Source: an uncultured delta proteobacterium
GTDB taxonomy: Bacteria; Myxococcota_A; Polyangia; Polyangiales; Polyangiaceae
NCBI GenBank assembly: GCA_963806225.1
Contig: CAWDXG010000004.1
Coordinates: 256,001-320,000 of the forward strand
Reading direction: 5' to 3'
Length of the DNA stretch: 64,000 bases
In this document: in pieces, positions 9,275 to 19,641 of the stretch
Position numbering within the stretch: the first letter of the stretch is position 1
How the letters are laid out: every line of letters begins with the position of its first letter
The notes under the pieces: model-generated
Told to the model about the DNA's origin: nothing
Seen by the model: only the letters and a program-made list of their open reading frames with translations
Database searches by the model: none
Program-made: the position numbers and the translations under genes

Positions 9275-10555
9275 ATGCATCGCTTCCTCTTCGCGCTTGC
9301 GCTTTCCATCCTGATCCCCGGGCTCCTGCCGGCCTGCTCCTCGAGCGGCGACGTCGCCAGCAATGCGAATGGCGGCCACTCGGCAGCAGGGGGCTCCGGC
9401 GGCGGCAGCGGCTCCGGCGGGATGGGCGGCATCGGCAGTCAATCCTGCACCGCCAGCGCGGAGTGCGGGACTGGCTATTACTGCAGCAAGGCCGACGTGT
9501 GTCTGGCTGCGGGAAAGTGCGCAGTCAATGCGGACTGCAATGCACCAGACGTCTGCGGCCAGGGCTCGCACACCTGCCTCGCCTCCGGGACCTGCCTGTT
9601 CGCTGGGGACTGCCCCACGGGGCAGACCTGCGACACCACCAGCCACAAGTGCTCGCTGGGCGGAGCCTGCGGCAAGATCGAATTCACGCACATCGCGCCC
9701 AACGTCCTGATCCTGCTCGACCGCAGCGGCAGCATGCACAACGACGCCGGCGGCAACACGCGCTGGAACGTCGCCAAGACGGCTATCCAGAGCGTCACCA
9801 CGACCTACGACGCCGACATCCGCTTTGGCCTGGCCACCTATTCGGCGTGCCTTTCCGGCGGTTGTTCGGCGGGCAGCATCGTGGTGCCGATCGCGCCGAC
9901 CAACGCAGCCAAGGTGAACGGCTTCCTCTCGGACAAGCTCGACCAGGGCAGCTCGAACGGGCAGAACCAGGTCTCCGGCGGCATCCAGTACCTGTGTGAC
10001 AGCGGGGACCCCGAGACGAGCACCGGCAAGAGCCTCCACGCGCTGGCGGGCGAGCCGTCGCTGCAGGACACCACCCGGCAGAACGCCGTGCTCCTGTTGA
10101 CCGACGGGGAAGAGTCGAGCTCGTGCGTGTCGGGCGGCAAGGACGGGCCGACCAGCGCCGCCGAGCTGCTTGCGCAGTCACCTTCCGTGAAGACGTTCGT
10201 GGTCGGGCTCGGCGTCAACGCCTCGAGCCTGGACGCCGTCGCCCAGGCGGGCGGCACCGGAAAGCTCGTCTCCGCCCAGAACCAGACCGAGCTCAACGCC
10301 GCGCTCGACAGCATCGCGTCGCAGATCAGCTCCTGCGATCTCAAGCTCGGCACGGTTCCGCCGGACCCGACGCAGGTCTACGTCTACTTCAACGGCGACT
10401 CCTCGGGCGTCGCCAACGACCCGAACAACGGCTTTTCCTACGACCCCGCCACCAACACCATCCACTTCCACGGCGCCGCCTGCGACAGCATCCAGCAGAA
10501 GCACGTCAACAGCATCGTGGTCGGCTTCGGTTGCAAGGGCCAGATCCCGAGCTAG
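9275..10555 (+). CDS. Cys-rich VWA-domain lipoprotein
   Basis: Lipobox LPAC, Gly/Ser linker, Cys repeats, MIDAS DRSGSM, LLLTDG. Confidence 0.85.
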   Translation: MHRFLFALALSILIPGLLPACSSSGDVASNANGGHSAAGGSGGGSGSGGMGGIGSQSCTASAECGTGYYCSKADVCLAAGKCAVNADCNAPDVCGQGSHTCLASGTCLFAGDCPTGQTCDTTSHKCSLGGACGKIEFTHIAPNVLILLDRSGSMHNDAGGNTRWNVAKTAIQSVTTTYDADIRFGLATYSACLSGGCSAGSIVVPIAPTNAAKVNGFLSDKLDQGSSNGQNQVSGGIQYLCDSGDPETSTGKSLHALAGEPSLQDTTRQNAVLLLTDGEESSSCVSGGKDGPTSAAELLAQSPSVKTFVVGLGVNASSLDAVAQAGGTGKLVSAQNQTELNAALDSIASQISSCDLKLGTVPPDPTQVYVYFNGDSSGVANDPNNGFSYDPATNTIHFHGAACDSIQQKHVNSIVVGFGCKGQIPS

Positions 10556-10583
10556 CCGACAATAAACGCGACGCGGAGAACTT

Positions 10584-11081
10584 TCAGTAAGGCACGTCAG
10601 GCAACAAGCACAGCCGGAGGTGCTGCACGACACAGCGTACCTTGGTTCGATTGGCAGCCATGGAACACGACACGAGCTCCGCGCTGGCCGGCATGCCGCC
10701 ACCTGGTGGCGCCAGGTACTCGAGCTCCCAGCAGGCCTGGCGACAGTCGGAGTAGGAGCGCGTGAGCACGTGCTCACTGGTCTCGGGCGGACCTGCGGGT
10801 CCCGGCTGGCACTGCCCGGCAGGCTGCGGCGCCGGCTGGACCGTCGGCTGCGGCGCCGGCTGGACCGCCGACTGCGGCGCCGGCTGGACCGCCGGCTGCG
10901 GCGCCGGAGCACACGCCACCGCCGCGCCGAGGGCCAGCGCCAGAGCCAGCTTCGCCCGGATCACCACCGAGCGCCCCGGGGCGGGTCGACGCGGTGCAAG
11001 GCCTCGGCGATCGAGCCGCGCGCAGGCTCGACCGACGGCCGCCGTGAACGCGGCAACGAGGAGACAACCCCCGCGCGACAT
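10584..11081 (-). CDS. Hypothetical exported Pro/Gln-repeat protein (start uncertain)
   Basis: Hydrophobic LALALALGAAVAC followed by (PAPQPAVQ)x3-4. Confidence 0.4.
   Translation of the reverse strand: MSRGGCLLVAAFTAAVGRACARLDRRGLAPRRPAPGRSVVIRAKLALALALGAAVACAPAPQPAVQPAPQSAVQPAPQPTVQPAPQPAGQCQPGPAGPPETSEHVLTRSYSDCRQACWELEYLAPPGGGMPASAELVSCSMAANRTKVRCVVQHLRLCLLPDVPY
10822..10907. repeat. 24-bp tandem repeat, about 3.5 copies (coding)
   Basis: ggctgcggcgccggctggaccgYc repeated. Confidence 0.8.
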
Positions 11082-11236
11082 GGCAGCCAGAATACCGCAC
11101 GGAGTCCGTCAGCGAAGGCTCCGGCGAGGTGTCTCCGCGCTGACCGCAGGAGCTGTTCGAGCGCTCCGACGACGGCAGCGACGACCTCGGCCGATGACAC
11201 GAAGTGATCGCAGGGTCGCAAGCTATCGGAATCGTT

Positions 11237-11311
<75 letters not shown>

Positions 11312-11477
11312 TTAGCGGTGGACGCGGTTCATAGCACACGGCCCAGCGCTCTCAACAGGAGAAATTCGCGTGCGCAGACGCGAATTTGCGCGCCCTGCGG
11401 CCGCTGGGCCGGGGGCGGATGGTGCTGTAACGATCCCTGCACCGCGTTCGTACCCAACTGTAGCCCGACCCGCGCCG

Positions 11478-12221
11478 ATGCCATCCCGAACCACCTCTTC
11501 TGCCACCCCGGGCCTCAAGCTCGCCATCGGGCTTTCGGCGCTGGCGGCGGGAGTGATCCTGTCGTTCCTGCTTCCGACGCGAAGCTGGGTGCTCGAGCTG
11601 GCCGGCTGGGTCCGCGGCGCCGGAGCGGCTGGTGTCGCGCTCTACGCCGGTGTGTACGTGCTGGGCACGCTGATGTTCTTCCCCGGTGCGCTGCTCACTC
11701 TGGCGGCGGGCTTCGCGTACGGGCCGCTCTGGGGCACGCTCATCGTCTGGCCGACGGCCACCCTCGCCTCGACGTTGGCCTTCGTCACGGGGCGGTTCGT
11801 GGCCCGCGACTGGGTCGCGGCCAGGGCCGCGCGCCACCCCCGCTTCGACGCGCTCGATCAAGCCGTGGGTCGTCGCGGCTTCCGCATCGTGTTGCTTCTG
11901 CGCCTCAGCCCGCTCTTCCCGTTCAATTTCCTCAACTACACCCTGGGCCTCACCAGTCTGAGGCTCGGCGACTACGTCCTGGCGTCGCTCGTCGGCATGC
12001 TGCCGGGGACGATCCTGTACGTGTACCTCGGCTCGCTGGTGACGAGCGCCAGCGCGCTCACAACCGGACGTGGCGGCGCAGGCTGGGCCGGCTCCGCGCT
12101 GTACTGGGTGGGACTCGGGGCAACCGTTGCGGTAACCCTGGTGCTCACCCGGCTCGCCCGCCGCGAGCTTTCGAGGACCTTCGGCGACAACGACCGAGAG
12201 GGCGGAGAGGCCCCCACATGA
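11478..12221 (+). CDS. TVP38/TMEM64 (VTT/DedA-like) membrane protein
   Basis: PGALLTLAAGFAYG, LLRLSPLFPFNFLNYTLGLT, GMLPGTILYVYLG. Confidence 0.9.
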   Translation: MPSRTTSSATPGLKLAIGLSALAAGVILSFLLPTRSWVLELAGWVRGAGAAGVALYAGVYVLGTLMFFPGALLTLAAGFAYGPLWGTLIVWPTATLASTLAFVTGRFVARDWVAARAARHPRFDALDQAVGRRGFRIVLLLRLSPLFPFNFLNYTLGLTSLRLGDYVLASLVGMLPGTILYVYLGSLVTSASALTTGRGGAGWAGSALYWVGLGATVAVTLVLTRLARRELSRTFGDNDREGGEAPT

Positions 12222-13771
12222 CAGAGCCCATAGCAGCGGACACGCCGTCCGGGCGCGTGGTCGACGCACACGTACGCCGGCTCATCCAGCCCAACGACGA
12301 GCACAACCGGCGGCTGATCGACAACGTCCATCCCGCCAGCTGGGAAAACCCCGAACCCGCCGATCGCTACAACCTGGTGGTGATCGGTGGGGGCACGGCA
12401 GGACTGGTCTCGGCCATGGGCGCGGCAGCACTGGGCGCCCGCGTCGCGCTCGTCGAACGCCACCTGCTCGGCGGCGACTGCCTGGTGACCGGCTGTGTTC
12501 CCTCGAAAGCGCTGCTCTACGCAGCCCAGAGTGCCCACAGCGCGCGGCATGCGGGCAGCTTCGGCATCGAGGTCGACGCGCCGCGCGTGGACTTCGCCCG
12601 GGTGATGGAACGCCTGCGCGCTGTGCGCGCGGATATCGCTCCTCACGACTCGGCCGCCCGCCTGAAGACAGCCGGAGTCAACGTCTTCCTGGGAGAAGCA
12701 CGCTTCGTCGAACGCGACGCGGTGCAGGTCGACGGCAAACAACTCCGCTTCCGCCGCGCCGTCATCGCGACCGGTGCGCGACCAGCACCGCTGGCCGTCG
12801 AAGGCCTGCAGCAGGTCGGCTACCTCACCAGCGATACGCTGTTCCAGCTCGCGGAGCTCCCGCGCCGGCTTCTGGTCATCGGCGCGGGGCCCATCGGCTG
12901 CGAGATGGCCCAGGCACTCGGTCGACTCGGCGCCGAGGTCACGCTTCTGGACCGCGCGGAGCGCGTGCTGCCTCGCGATGCCCCGCGAGCAAGCTCCATC
13001 CTCGGCAAGCGCTTCGAGCAGGAGGGCATCGCCCTGCGCCTAGGCGTCGGCCTCGAGCGGGTGGAGCGCGTCGACGGCGCGCGGCGCGTCCACTATTCGG
13101 GCGCGGACGGGCCCGGACACTGCGATGTAGACGCGATCCTGCTGGCGGTCGGGCGCTTGGCCAACGTGGAAGGTCTGGGCCTGCAATCCGCCGGCGTCGC
13201 CGCCGACGACAAGGGCGTGGTCGTCGACGACAGGCTCCGCACATCCAACCGCCGCATCTACGCGGCCGGCAACGTCTGCTCGAGTTTCAAGTTCACGCAC
13301 GCCGCCGACGCGATGGCTCGCGTGGTGTTGAAGAACGCGCTGTTTTCCGGCCGGCAGAAAGCCAGCTCGCTCGTGCTGCCCTGGGCAACCTACACCGACC
13401 CGGAGGTAGCCCACGTCGGAGTCGGCGCCGAGGAGGCCGCAGCTCGCAAGCTTCCGAGCGTGGCGGTCGAACTGCACGAGATCGATCGCGCCCGGCTCGA
13501 AGCCGACGACGACGGCTACGGCGAGGTGCACTACCGCGGCAAGGGGCGCATCCTGGGCGCCACGCTGGTCGCGCGGCACGCGGGCGATCTGATCGGCGAG
13601 CTCTGCCTGGCGATGAACGCCGGAGTCGGCCTGGGCAGCATCGCGGACACCGTCCATCCCTACCCTTCCAGCGCGGAGCTGGTGAAGCGACTCGGCGACA
13701 CCTACAACCGCACGCGGCTCACGCCCGGTGCGGCGCGCTGGCTCGCACGCTGGCTGAGGTGGACGCGGTGA
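12218..13771 (+). CDS. Mercuric-reductase-like / dihydrolipoamide dehydrogenase family flavoprotein
   Basis: GGGTAG, GGDCLVTGCVPSK redox disulfide, GAGPIGCE, TYTDPE, HPYP; lacks the MerA C-terminal CC. Confidence 0.88.
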   Translation: MTEPIAADTPSGRVVDAHVRRLIQPNDEHNRRLIDNVHPASWENPEPADRYNLVVIGGGTAGLVSAMGAAALGARVALVERHLLGGDCLVTGCVPSKALLYAAQSAHSARHAGSFGIEVDAPRVDFARVMERLRAVRADIAPHDSAARLKTAGVNVFLGEARFVERDAVQVDGKQLRFRRAVIATGARPAPLAVEGLQQVGYLTSDTLFQLAELPRRLLVIGAGPIGCEMAQALGRLGAEVTLLDRAERVLPRDAPRASSILGKRFEQEGIALRLGVGLERVERVDGARRVHYSGADGPGHCDVDAILLAVGRLANVEGLGLQSAGVAADDKGVVVDDRLRTSNRRIYAAGNVCSSFKFTHAADAMARVVLKNALFSGRQKASSLVLPWATYTDPEVAHVGVGAEEAAARKLPSVAVELHEIDRARLEADDDGYGEVHYRGKGRILGATLVARHAGDLIGELCLAMNAGVGLGSIADTVHPYPSSAELVKRLGDTYNRTRLTPGAARWLARWLRWTR

Positions 13772-15114
13772 GCGCGCGCGGCACGCTGTGTGTCTTCGCC
13801 AAGGCTCCCGTCGCAGGCCGCGTCAAGACGCGCCTTGCCCGCACGCTCGGCGACACTGCAGCAGCCGGGCTTTCCCGCGCGTTCCTTCTGGATACCTGGG
13901 CGCTGGCGACGCGCCGCGACGCCGCGCACACGCTACTCGCCTTCACCGGTGACGCGGCCGCGCTTCCCGATCTCGCCCCGCGTCCGGAGATCCGCGAACA
14001 GGGCGACGGCGATCTGGGCACGCGAATGGAACGCATCCTGTCGCGCGCCCTGGCGGACGGCGCGCCCTGGGCGATGGTGCTGGGCACCGATCTGCCCGGT
14101 CTGCCCGCCTCGCGACTCGCTGATGCGGCCCGGGCACTCGACAAGGGCGCTCCGGCGGTGCTCGGCCCTACGGACGACGGCGGCTTCTACCTGCTCGGCC
14201 TGTCGCGCTGCCCGCCGGGCCTGCTCTCCGGACTGCCATGGAGCACCCGCTCGACCCGCCGCCGAACGCTCGAACGGCTGCGGGAATGGGGTCTCGAACC
14301 CCGCGTGCTCGACAGCTGGTACGACGTCGATGAGCCGCAGGACCTCGAGCGCGTGCGCCGCGACCTCCGCGCGGGGCGTATCCGCGCGCCCCACACCGCG
14401 CGCGCCCTCTCGCAAACCGCGCCGCGGATCAGCGTCGTCCTGCCCGTCCTCGACGAGGAAGCCCGCATCGGCGTCCGGCTCGACGAGCTCGCGGCCATGC
14501 CGGGTATCGACGAGATCGTGGTCGTGGACGGCGGGAGCCGCGACCGGAGCCGGGAGATCGTGGCGGCTCACCCCACCGGAAATCTCCGGCTCCTGTCGGC
14601 GCCGCGTGGCCGGGCGCGGCAGATGAATGCCGGCGCACGCGCCGCGAGGGGCTCGGTGCTGCTGTTCCTCCACGCCGACAGCCAGTTGCCTGTCGACGCC
14701 GTGCATTGGGTCGAGCACACGCTGGCCGCACCGGACACCGTTGCTGGCGCTTTCCGTACCTGGCACGTGGCCGACACCGAGCCCGGGAGGCGCGCGCTCT
14801 GGCTGCACCTGGCCGACCTTCGATCGCGCCTGTCGCGGACGCCCTACGGCGACCAGGCGTTGTTCGTCCGCCGTAGTGTGTTCGAGAGCCTGGGCGGGTT
14901 CGCACCCATCGAGCTGATGGAGGACCTGGAGCTATCGCGCCGACTCCGCCGCGCCGGCCGGATCCGGGTCGCACCCGCGAGCGTGAAGGTCTCCGGTCGC
15001 CGTTTCCTGGCCCATCCCGTGCGCGACACGCTGATGGTGAACGCATTCCCCCTCCTGTTCCGGCTCGGCGTGCCACCCGCGCTGCTCGCCCGCGCCTACC
15101 GGGACACCCGCTGA
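13768..15114 (+). CDS. Fusion of DUF2064/TIGR04282-like and TIGR04283-like GT2 glycosyltransferases
   Basis: FAKAPVAGRVKTRL, QGDGDLGTRM, GTDLP, GPTDDGGFYLLG; then VVDGGSRD, GRARQMNAGA, FLHADS, YGDQALF, LMEDLE. Confidence 0.88.
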   Translation: MSARGTLCVFAKAPVAGRVKTRLARTLGDTAAAGLSRAFLLDTWALATRRDAAHTLLAFTGDAAALPDLAPRPEIREQGDGDLGTRMERILSRALADGAPWAMVLGTDLPGLPASRLADAARALDKGAPAVLGPTDDGGFYLLGLSRCPPGLLSGLPWSTRSTRRRTLERLREWGLEPRVLDSWYDVDEPQDLERVRRDLRAGRIRAPHTARALSQTAPRISVVLPVLDEEARIGVRLDELAAMPGIDEIVVVDGGSRDRSREIVAAHPTGNLRLLSAPRGRARQMNAGARAARGSVLLFLHADSQLPVDAVHWVEHTLAAPDTVAGAFRTWHVADTEPGRRALWLHLADLRSRLSRTPYGDQALFVRRSVFESLGGFAPIELMEDLELSRRLRRAGRIRVAPASVKVSGRRFLAHPVRDTLMVNAFPLLFRLGVPPALLARAYRDTR

Positions 15115-15572
15115 CCGACTGGTCAGGCGTTGTCGTCTCACCGCGACGCTTGCGCAGACCCACACCAGCGGCGAAACCGTTGCGGACCGATCTCGCCACG
15201 CCAAGAGGCGCCGGTTCCCGGACGCGCGACTCCCGCGAAACGCCGAAACGCGTGCGCTCGTGACGTCCCGGCAGCTATCGCCCGGGCGCGTGCGCAGGCT
15301 GAAACAGGGGTTACATGCAATCCGGTGACTCCGACGATCTCGCACACACTGTCCGGCACGCTTGCTGCAAGGTTGTGCACCTGCTGGCGGTGGCCGGCGG
15401 AAACGGAGCACACCAACCGGACTAGCATTTTCTCCCACCCGACATGATCAATCACCGGACCCACCATGCTGGGGGGCAATGGCGGGACCGTAGGGGGGAT
15501 CTGGGGGGGCGAATGGGGTCGCCCGCCGAAAGGCGGGCGGCCCCGTCACTTGCCGCTGTGCGGAGAACACGT

Positions 15573-15617
15573 ACGGGGGCCGCTCTACGGGGGTTGAGCG
15601 GCCCCCGTTTTCTATTT
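15573..15617 (+). terminator. Rho-independent terminator (possibly bidirectional with ald)
   Basis: ACGGGGGCCGCTC...GAGCGGCCCCCGT stem followed by TTTCTATTT. Confidence 0.75.
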
Positions 15618-15646
15618 CCGGAGCGCGCCCTCGCGCGGGTCGACGT

Positions 15647-16753
15647 TCAGGGCGCGAAGGGCTCGTAGTCGAGGTCGAACGTGGCGGCCACAGCGCGGTT
15701 GGTGACCTTGCCCTGGTGGATGTTCACGGCGCTGATGAGCCGCGGGTCCTTGTCGGTCGCAGTTTCGATGCCGTGCTCGGCGATCTTGAAAGCGTACGGC
15801 AGGGTCACGTTACACAACGCGTACGTGCTGGTGCGGCCGACCGCTCCCGGCATGTTGGCCACGCAGTAGTGCACCACTTCGTCGACGATGAACGTCGGAT
15901 CGCCGTGCGTGGTCGGATGCGTGGTCTCGACACAGCCGCCCTGGTCCACCGCCACGTCGACGATCACGCTGCCCGGCTTCATGCGCGACAGATCAGCCTT
16001 GTCGATCAGTCGCGGAGCCCGCGCGCCCTCGATCAACACCGCGCCGATGACCAGATCGGCCAACGCCAGCTGCTCCCGGATGGTGTGGCGATCGCTGAAC
16101 ACGGTGGTGACGTTCTTCGGCATGATGTCGTCGAGGTAGCGGAGCCGCTCGACATTCACGTCGAGGATCGTCACGCTGGCGCCGAAACCCGCAGCGATCT
16201 TCGCTGCATTCGTGCCGACGATGCCGCCACCCAGCACCATGATGTGGGCGGGATGCACACCCGGCACGCCTCCGAGCAGGATGCCGCGGCCGTCCTGCGG
16301 GCGCTCCAGGTACTTCGCCCCTTCCTGGATGCTCATGCGACCCGCCACCTCGCTCATCGGGGTGAGCAGCGGCAACCGACCTTCCTCGTCGCGGAGCGTT
16401 TCGTAGGCGACTGCTGTGGCGCCGGACTCGAGCACGCCGCGAGTGAGCTTCTCGTCCGCAGCGAAGTGGAAGTACGTAAAGAGGGTCTGCCCGTTGCGGA
16501 GCAGCGGGATCTCGTCAGGCTGCGGTTCCTTGACCTTCACGATCAGGTTGGCATTCCCCCAGATCTCGTCGCGCGAAGCGACGAACTTCGCGCCGTTCTT
16601 CTCGTACTCGGCGTCGGAGAGCCCACTACCGAGCCCCGCACCTCTCTCGACCAGGACCGTGTGTCCCGCGCGCACCAGCTCCTCGACGCCGACGGGCAGC
16701 ATCGCGATGCGGTACTCGTGTGCCTTGATCTCCTTGGGTACCCCGACAATCAT
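15647..16753 (-). CDS. ald: Alanine dehydrogenase
   Basis: [54 protein letters not shown]. Confidence 0.97.
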   Translation of the reverse strand: MIVGVPKEIKAHEYRIAMLPVGVEELVRAGHTVLVERGAGLGSGLSDAEYEKNGAKFVASRDEIWGNANLIVKVKEPQPDEIPLLRNGQTLFTYFHFAADEKLTRGVLESGATAVAYETLRDEEGRLPLLTPMSEVAGRMSIQEGAKYLERPQDGRGILLGGVPGVHPAHIMVLGGGIVGTNAAKIAAGFGASVTILDVNVERLRYLDDIMPKNVTTVFSDRHTIREQLALADLVIGAVLIEGARAPRLIDKADLSRMKPGSVIVDVAVDQGGCVETTHPTTHGDPTFIVDEVVHYCVANMPGAVGRTSTYALCNVTLPYAFKIAEHGIETATDKDPRLISAVNIHQGKVTNRAVAATFDLDYEPFAP

Positions 16754-16825
16754 GGAATCGTCCCTCCGCGTGCGGATGCCCGCGTTTTCGCACTTTGGCG
16801 GGCTGGATGACAACCGCGAAACCAG

Positions 16826-18409
16826 CTAGCGCCGGCGCCGGAACGCGAACAGTCCGATCGCTCCGAGCAGTGCGACAAGCGCTCCCCAGGGCGTACCGTC
16901 AGGGTCCGAGACCCGGCAGCCGCAGCCGCTGCTCGCACCGCTGGTCGAGCCGCGCGAGACGCCGCCCGAGCCCCCGCCGTCCGGATTGCTGCCGCCGCCG
17001 GAGCTGCTCGCCGCGCTGCCCGCGACGCCGCCCTCGAAGGTGAAACCGCCACCGCTGCCTCCGGCGCCCCCCGCCGCGCCGCCGTCGCCGGCCTGGCACT
17101 TGCCTTGAACACACGCCCCCCCGCCAGGGCAGCTCGCGCCGGCGCAGTCGTCGACGCACTGCCCGCTTTCGCAGTGGGTCCCCGCGGCGCAGTTCTTGTT
17201 CACGCACGTCTTGTCCACGCACAGCTTGCTCGCGCTGTCGCAGACCTTGCTCCCCTTGCAGCCTTCGCAGCTGCAGTCGGCCGTGCACACGCCCAGGTGG
17301 CAGACGTAGCCCTGGTCGCAGGTGATCGCGTCACACGGATCGATGCAGGCACCGGCCTGGCACACCTCGCCGTAGGGACAAGTGATGCCGTCACAGGCTG
17401 CGTGACAGGTGCCGTTCTTGCAGATCTCGCCGCTCTTGCAGACGACGCTCTCGCACGCCGAGTCGACGCACAGTCCGCTAGTGTTGCAGACCAGGCCCCC
17501 GGGGCACTGGAACTCGCCGCTGCCGCACTTCGGGACGCATTTCCCGCGATCGCAGACCTTGCCAACCGGACACAGATCGCCTTCGTCCACCTGTCCGTCG
17601 CAGTTGTCGTCGAGGGCGTTGCAGCTCTCCGTACCGGGCTTCGTCACCGGCACGCAGGTGAGCTGGCCCTTCTTGCATTGCATGGTCCCGGCGGCGCACA
17701 CGCCTTTCTGCCCCGTGTCGCAGGGCTGCCCGCCGCCGGTGCAGTGGATGCCGTCGACCCGCACCAGGATGTCCTCGAAGTCGTCGTCACCGCCCTGGTA
17801 CAGGTCCTCCCAGCCGAAATAGAAGGAATTCGGCAGCTTCGTGCTGTTCATGATCAGCACGTGGATGTAGCTGTTCGGACCGGTATTGTCCTCGTTGTAC
17901 TTGGCTTCCGTGTAGTACACGTGCCCGAGCGTGCCCGCCGGGTTGTTCAGGTCGACACAGTTCGGTGGGACCTTGCCTTCGGGAGTCGCCTCGAAGAAAC
18001 CGATGTCGCCGCCCAGGTAGGCCGGGTCGTTTTTCACGTCGAGCACCTTGGAGGTGCCCGGCGGATCGCTGCAGCTGATGAAGATGTGCAGATCCGACAG
18101 CGCCGGCTTCTGCCCTGTCACGTTGTACCAGCCGAACGACGACTGCAGCCCGCTCGGATCCACCGGCGCACCACGCGCTATGAGCGTGAAGGTGAGCCCG
18201 CAGGTCGGCGTAAACGTCTGCGGGGTCGTCGCCGCGTCGGTGAGCGGATTGATCGACTCGCCCTGGGCATTGAGCAGGCTGACCAGGTGGGTCGTCTGGG
18301 GGATCGTCGTACCGTCGGGCTGCTGCAGAGCCTGGGCCGGCGCCGCCGAGAGCAGCGCGGTCATCCCGAGCGCCCCCGCAGCAAGAAGAACACCAAGCTT
18401 CGCTTTCAT
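16826..18409 (-). CDS. Secreted Cys-rich protein with DUF4114-like domain and MYXO-CTERM anchor
   Basis: Signal peptide; GWEDLYQGGDDDFED; DDNCDGQVDE; C-terminal SSGCGCRV...hydrophobic...RRRR. Confidence 0.82.
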   Translation of the reverse strand: MKAKLGVLLAAGALGMTALLSAAPAQALQQPDGTTIPQTTHLVSLLNAQGESINPLTDAATTPQTFTPTCGLTFTLIARGAPVDPSGLQSSFGWYNVTGQKPALSDLHIFISCSDPPGTSKVLDVKNDPAYLGGDIGFFEATPEGKVPPNCVDLNNPAGTLGHVYYTEAKYNEDNTGPNSYIHVLIMNSTKLPNSFYFGWEDLYQGGDDDFEDILVRVDGIHCTGGGQPCDTGQKGVCAAGTMQCKKGQLTCVPVTKPGTESCNALDDNCDGQVDEGDLCPVGKVCDRGKCVPKCGSGEFQCPGGLVCNTSGLCVDSACESVVCKSGEICKNGTCHAACDGITCPYGEVCQAGACIDPCDAITCDQGYVCHLGVCTADCSCEGCKGSKVCDSASKLCVDKTCVNKNCAAGTHCESGQCVDDCAGASCPGGGACVQGKCQAGDGGAAGGAGGSGGGFTFEGGVAGSAASSSGGGSNPDGGGSGGVSRGSTSGASSGCGCRVSDPDGTPWGALVALLGAIGLFAFRRRR

Positions 18410-18560
18410 GCCTCCATCCTACGCCCCCGGCCGCGCGCGCGGGTACACCGGCCATGTGGCCGAGAGCGATCAGGGCTGAACGCCGCGCCCAGCCGCGCTA
18501 TACCGCCGCGGCATCCCCGCGCTCGCCGCGGGGCCGCGGCGGCCCGCTGTGCCGCCGTCC

Positions 18561-18632
18561 GGGCGGGTAGCTCAGTGGTAGAGCGCTGGCCTTACAAGCC
18601 GGATGTCGCAGGTTCGAGACCTGTCCCGCCCA
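18561..18632 (+). tRNA. tRNA-Val(TAC)
   Basis: GGGCGGGTAGCTCAGTGGTAGAGCGCTGGCCTTACAAGCCGGATGTCGCAGGTTCGAGACCTGTCCCGCCCA. Confidence 0.97.
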
Positions 18633-18719
18633 CGAGAAAAGATGCTGCTTTCGCGATCGGTCGAACGACGCGAACGCGGTTTTGGGATCCCGGGGATCCC
18701 ACTCGGCAGTTTCGGCAGC

Positions 18720-18968
18720 CGTCCTCCGGAGCGACCAGCACGCCCACGGCCATCACGTAGCGCTGATGCGTGGCGTAGGCGCGGTGCCCGGCCAGCCGCA
18801 TGCTCTGCTGCGCGTTGAGTCCGGTTGCGGCGAGCGCCGTTGCGTAGCTCCGCCGGAAGGCAGGGGCCGCACGATACCGGCGCGCCACAGGGCGCGGCGC
18901 AGCGCCTTCGCGTAGCTGCTCTTCTTCTTGCGCTCCCCCGCACGCTCACCCTTCCGGACTGGGAACAC
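18720..18968 (-). pseudogene. Tyrosine integrase C-terminal remnant
   Basis: FRRSYATALAATGLNAQQSMRLAGH...THQRYV (box II-like R..H..Y), split across frames, facing the tRNA. Confidence 0.7.
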
Positions 18969-18969
18969 C

Positions 18970-19240
18970 GGGCCGCGCGCGGGGCGGTCGCGGCTTTGCA
19001 GCCTTCGTCTGCCGGCCGTCGCCAGCGCCCTCGCCCCGCTCCCTCTTCAGCCGCCACTTCCAGTACGCGAGCGTCGCCGCGCTGATCCCGAACTCGGCCG
19101 CGAACTCCTTCGACGTTAGCCCGCTATCCTGCCAGCGCTGGACGCGCTTCTCCCACTCCGCGCGCCCGACCCGCGCCCTCGCTACATCCATGCATCCCGA
19201 CGTAGCCGACCGCCGAGGGCTCGTCAGGAACGCGGGTTAC
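18970..19240 (-). mobile_element. IS66-family remnant (left end and tnpA-like HTH ORF 18946-19191)
   Basis: WEKRVQRWQDSGLTSKEFAAEFGISAATLAYWKWRL; GTAA terminus at 19240 on the minus strand. Confidence 0.65.
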
Positions 19241-19425
19241 CGGACGGATACTGTGGTTCCCGTCCTGAGCAGTTTCATGCGGAGGGCTGCGCCGCCGAGC
19301 TGCACGGCGCTGTCCGATCTGATGATCACGCGATCGTAGACCACTCTCCGAGCTGGCAGCCGGACGCCCGACGTCAACACCATGATGCCGGCGACGACGG
19401 ACGAGTGCGTGTTGGCATCTCCCCC

Positions 19426-19597
19426 CATAGAAGCAAATCCAACCGCACCGCCGAAGTGTACGCCTGGCCGCACAGCCGGGACAGTGGAGCGGGGGTCAAC
19501 GGCGCGGATCGGCGCGGACAGGCTGGTGGAAGGGCGTAACCACCGGGAATCAGTGGACACAACGCCCAGACTGCGAAGTCGTCCCCGGGCTATGCTG
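19426..19597 (+). repeat. 172-bp array repeat, copy 1 (first 25 bp diverged)
   Basis: CCGAAGTGTAC...GGGCTATGCTG core; left end CATAGAAGCAAATCCAACCGCACCG vs consensus AGGGCCAGGAAGTCCAACCCCATTC. Confidence 0.93.
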
Positions 19598-19641
19598 AAA
19601 TTCAGCGCGAGGTAGCCGAGGTACGAATGCCTCCGCGACGC

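Noticed and set aside
12218..13771. merA mercury resistance
   Set aside because: No C-terminal Cys-Cys pair, no NmerA domain and no mer operon genes.
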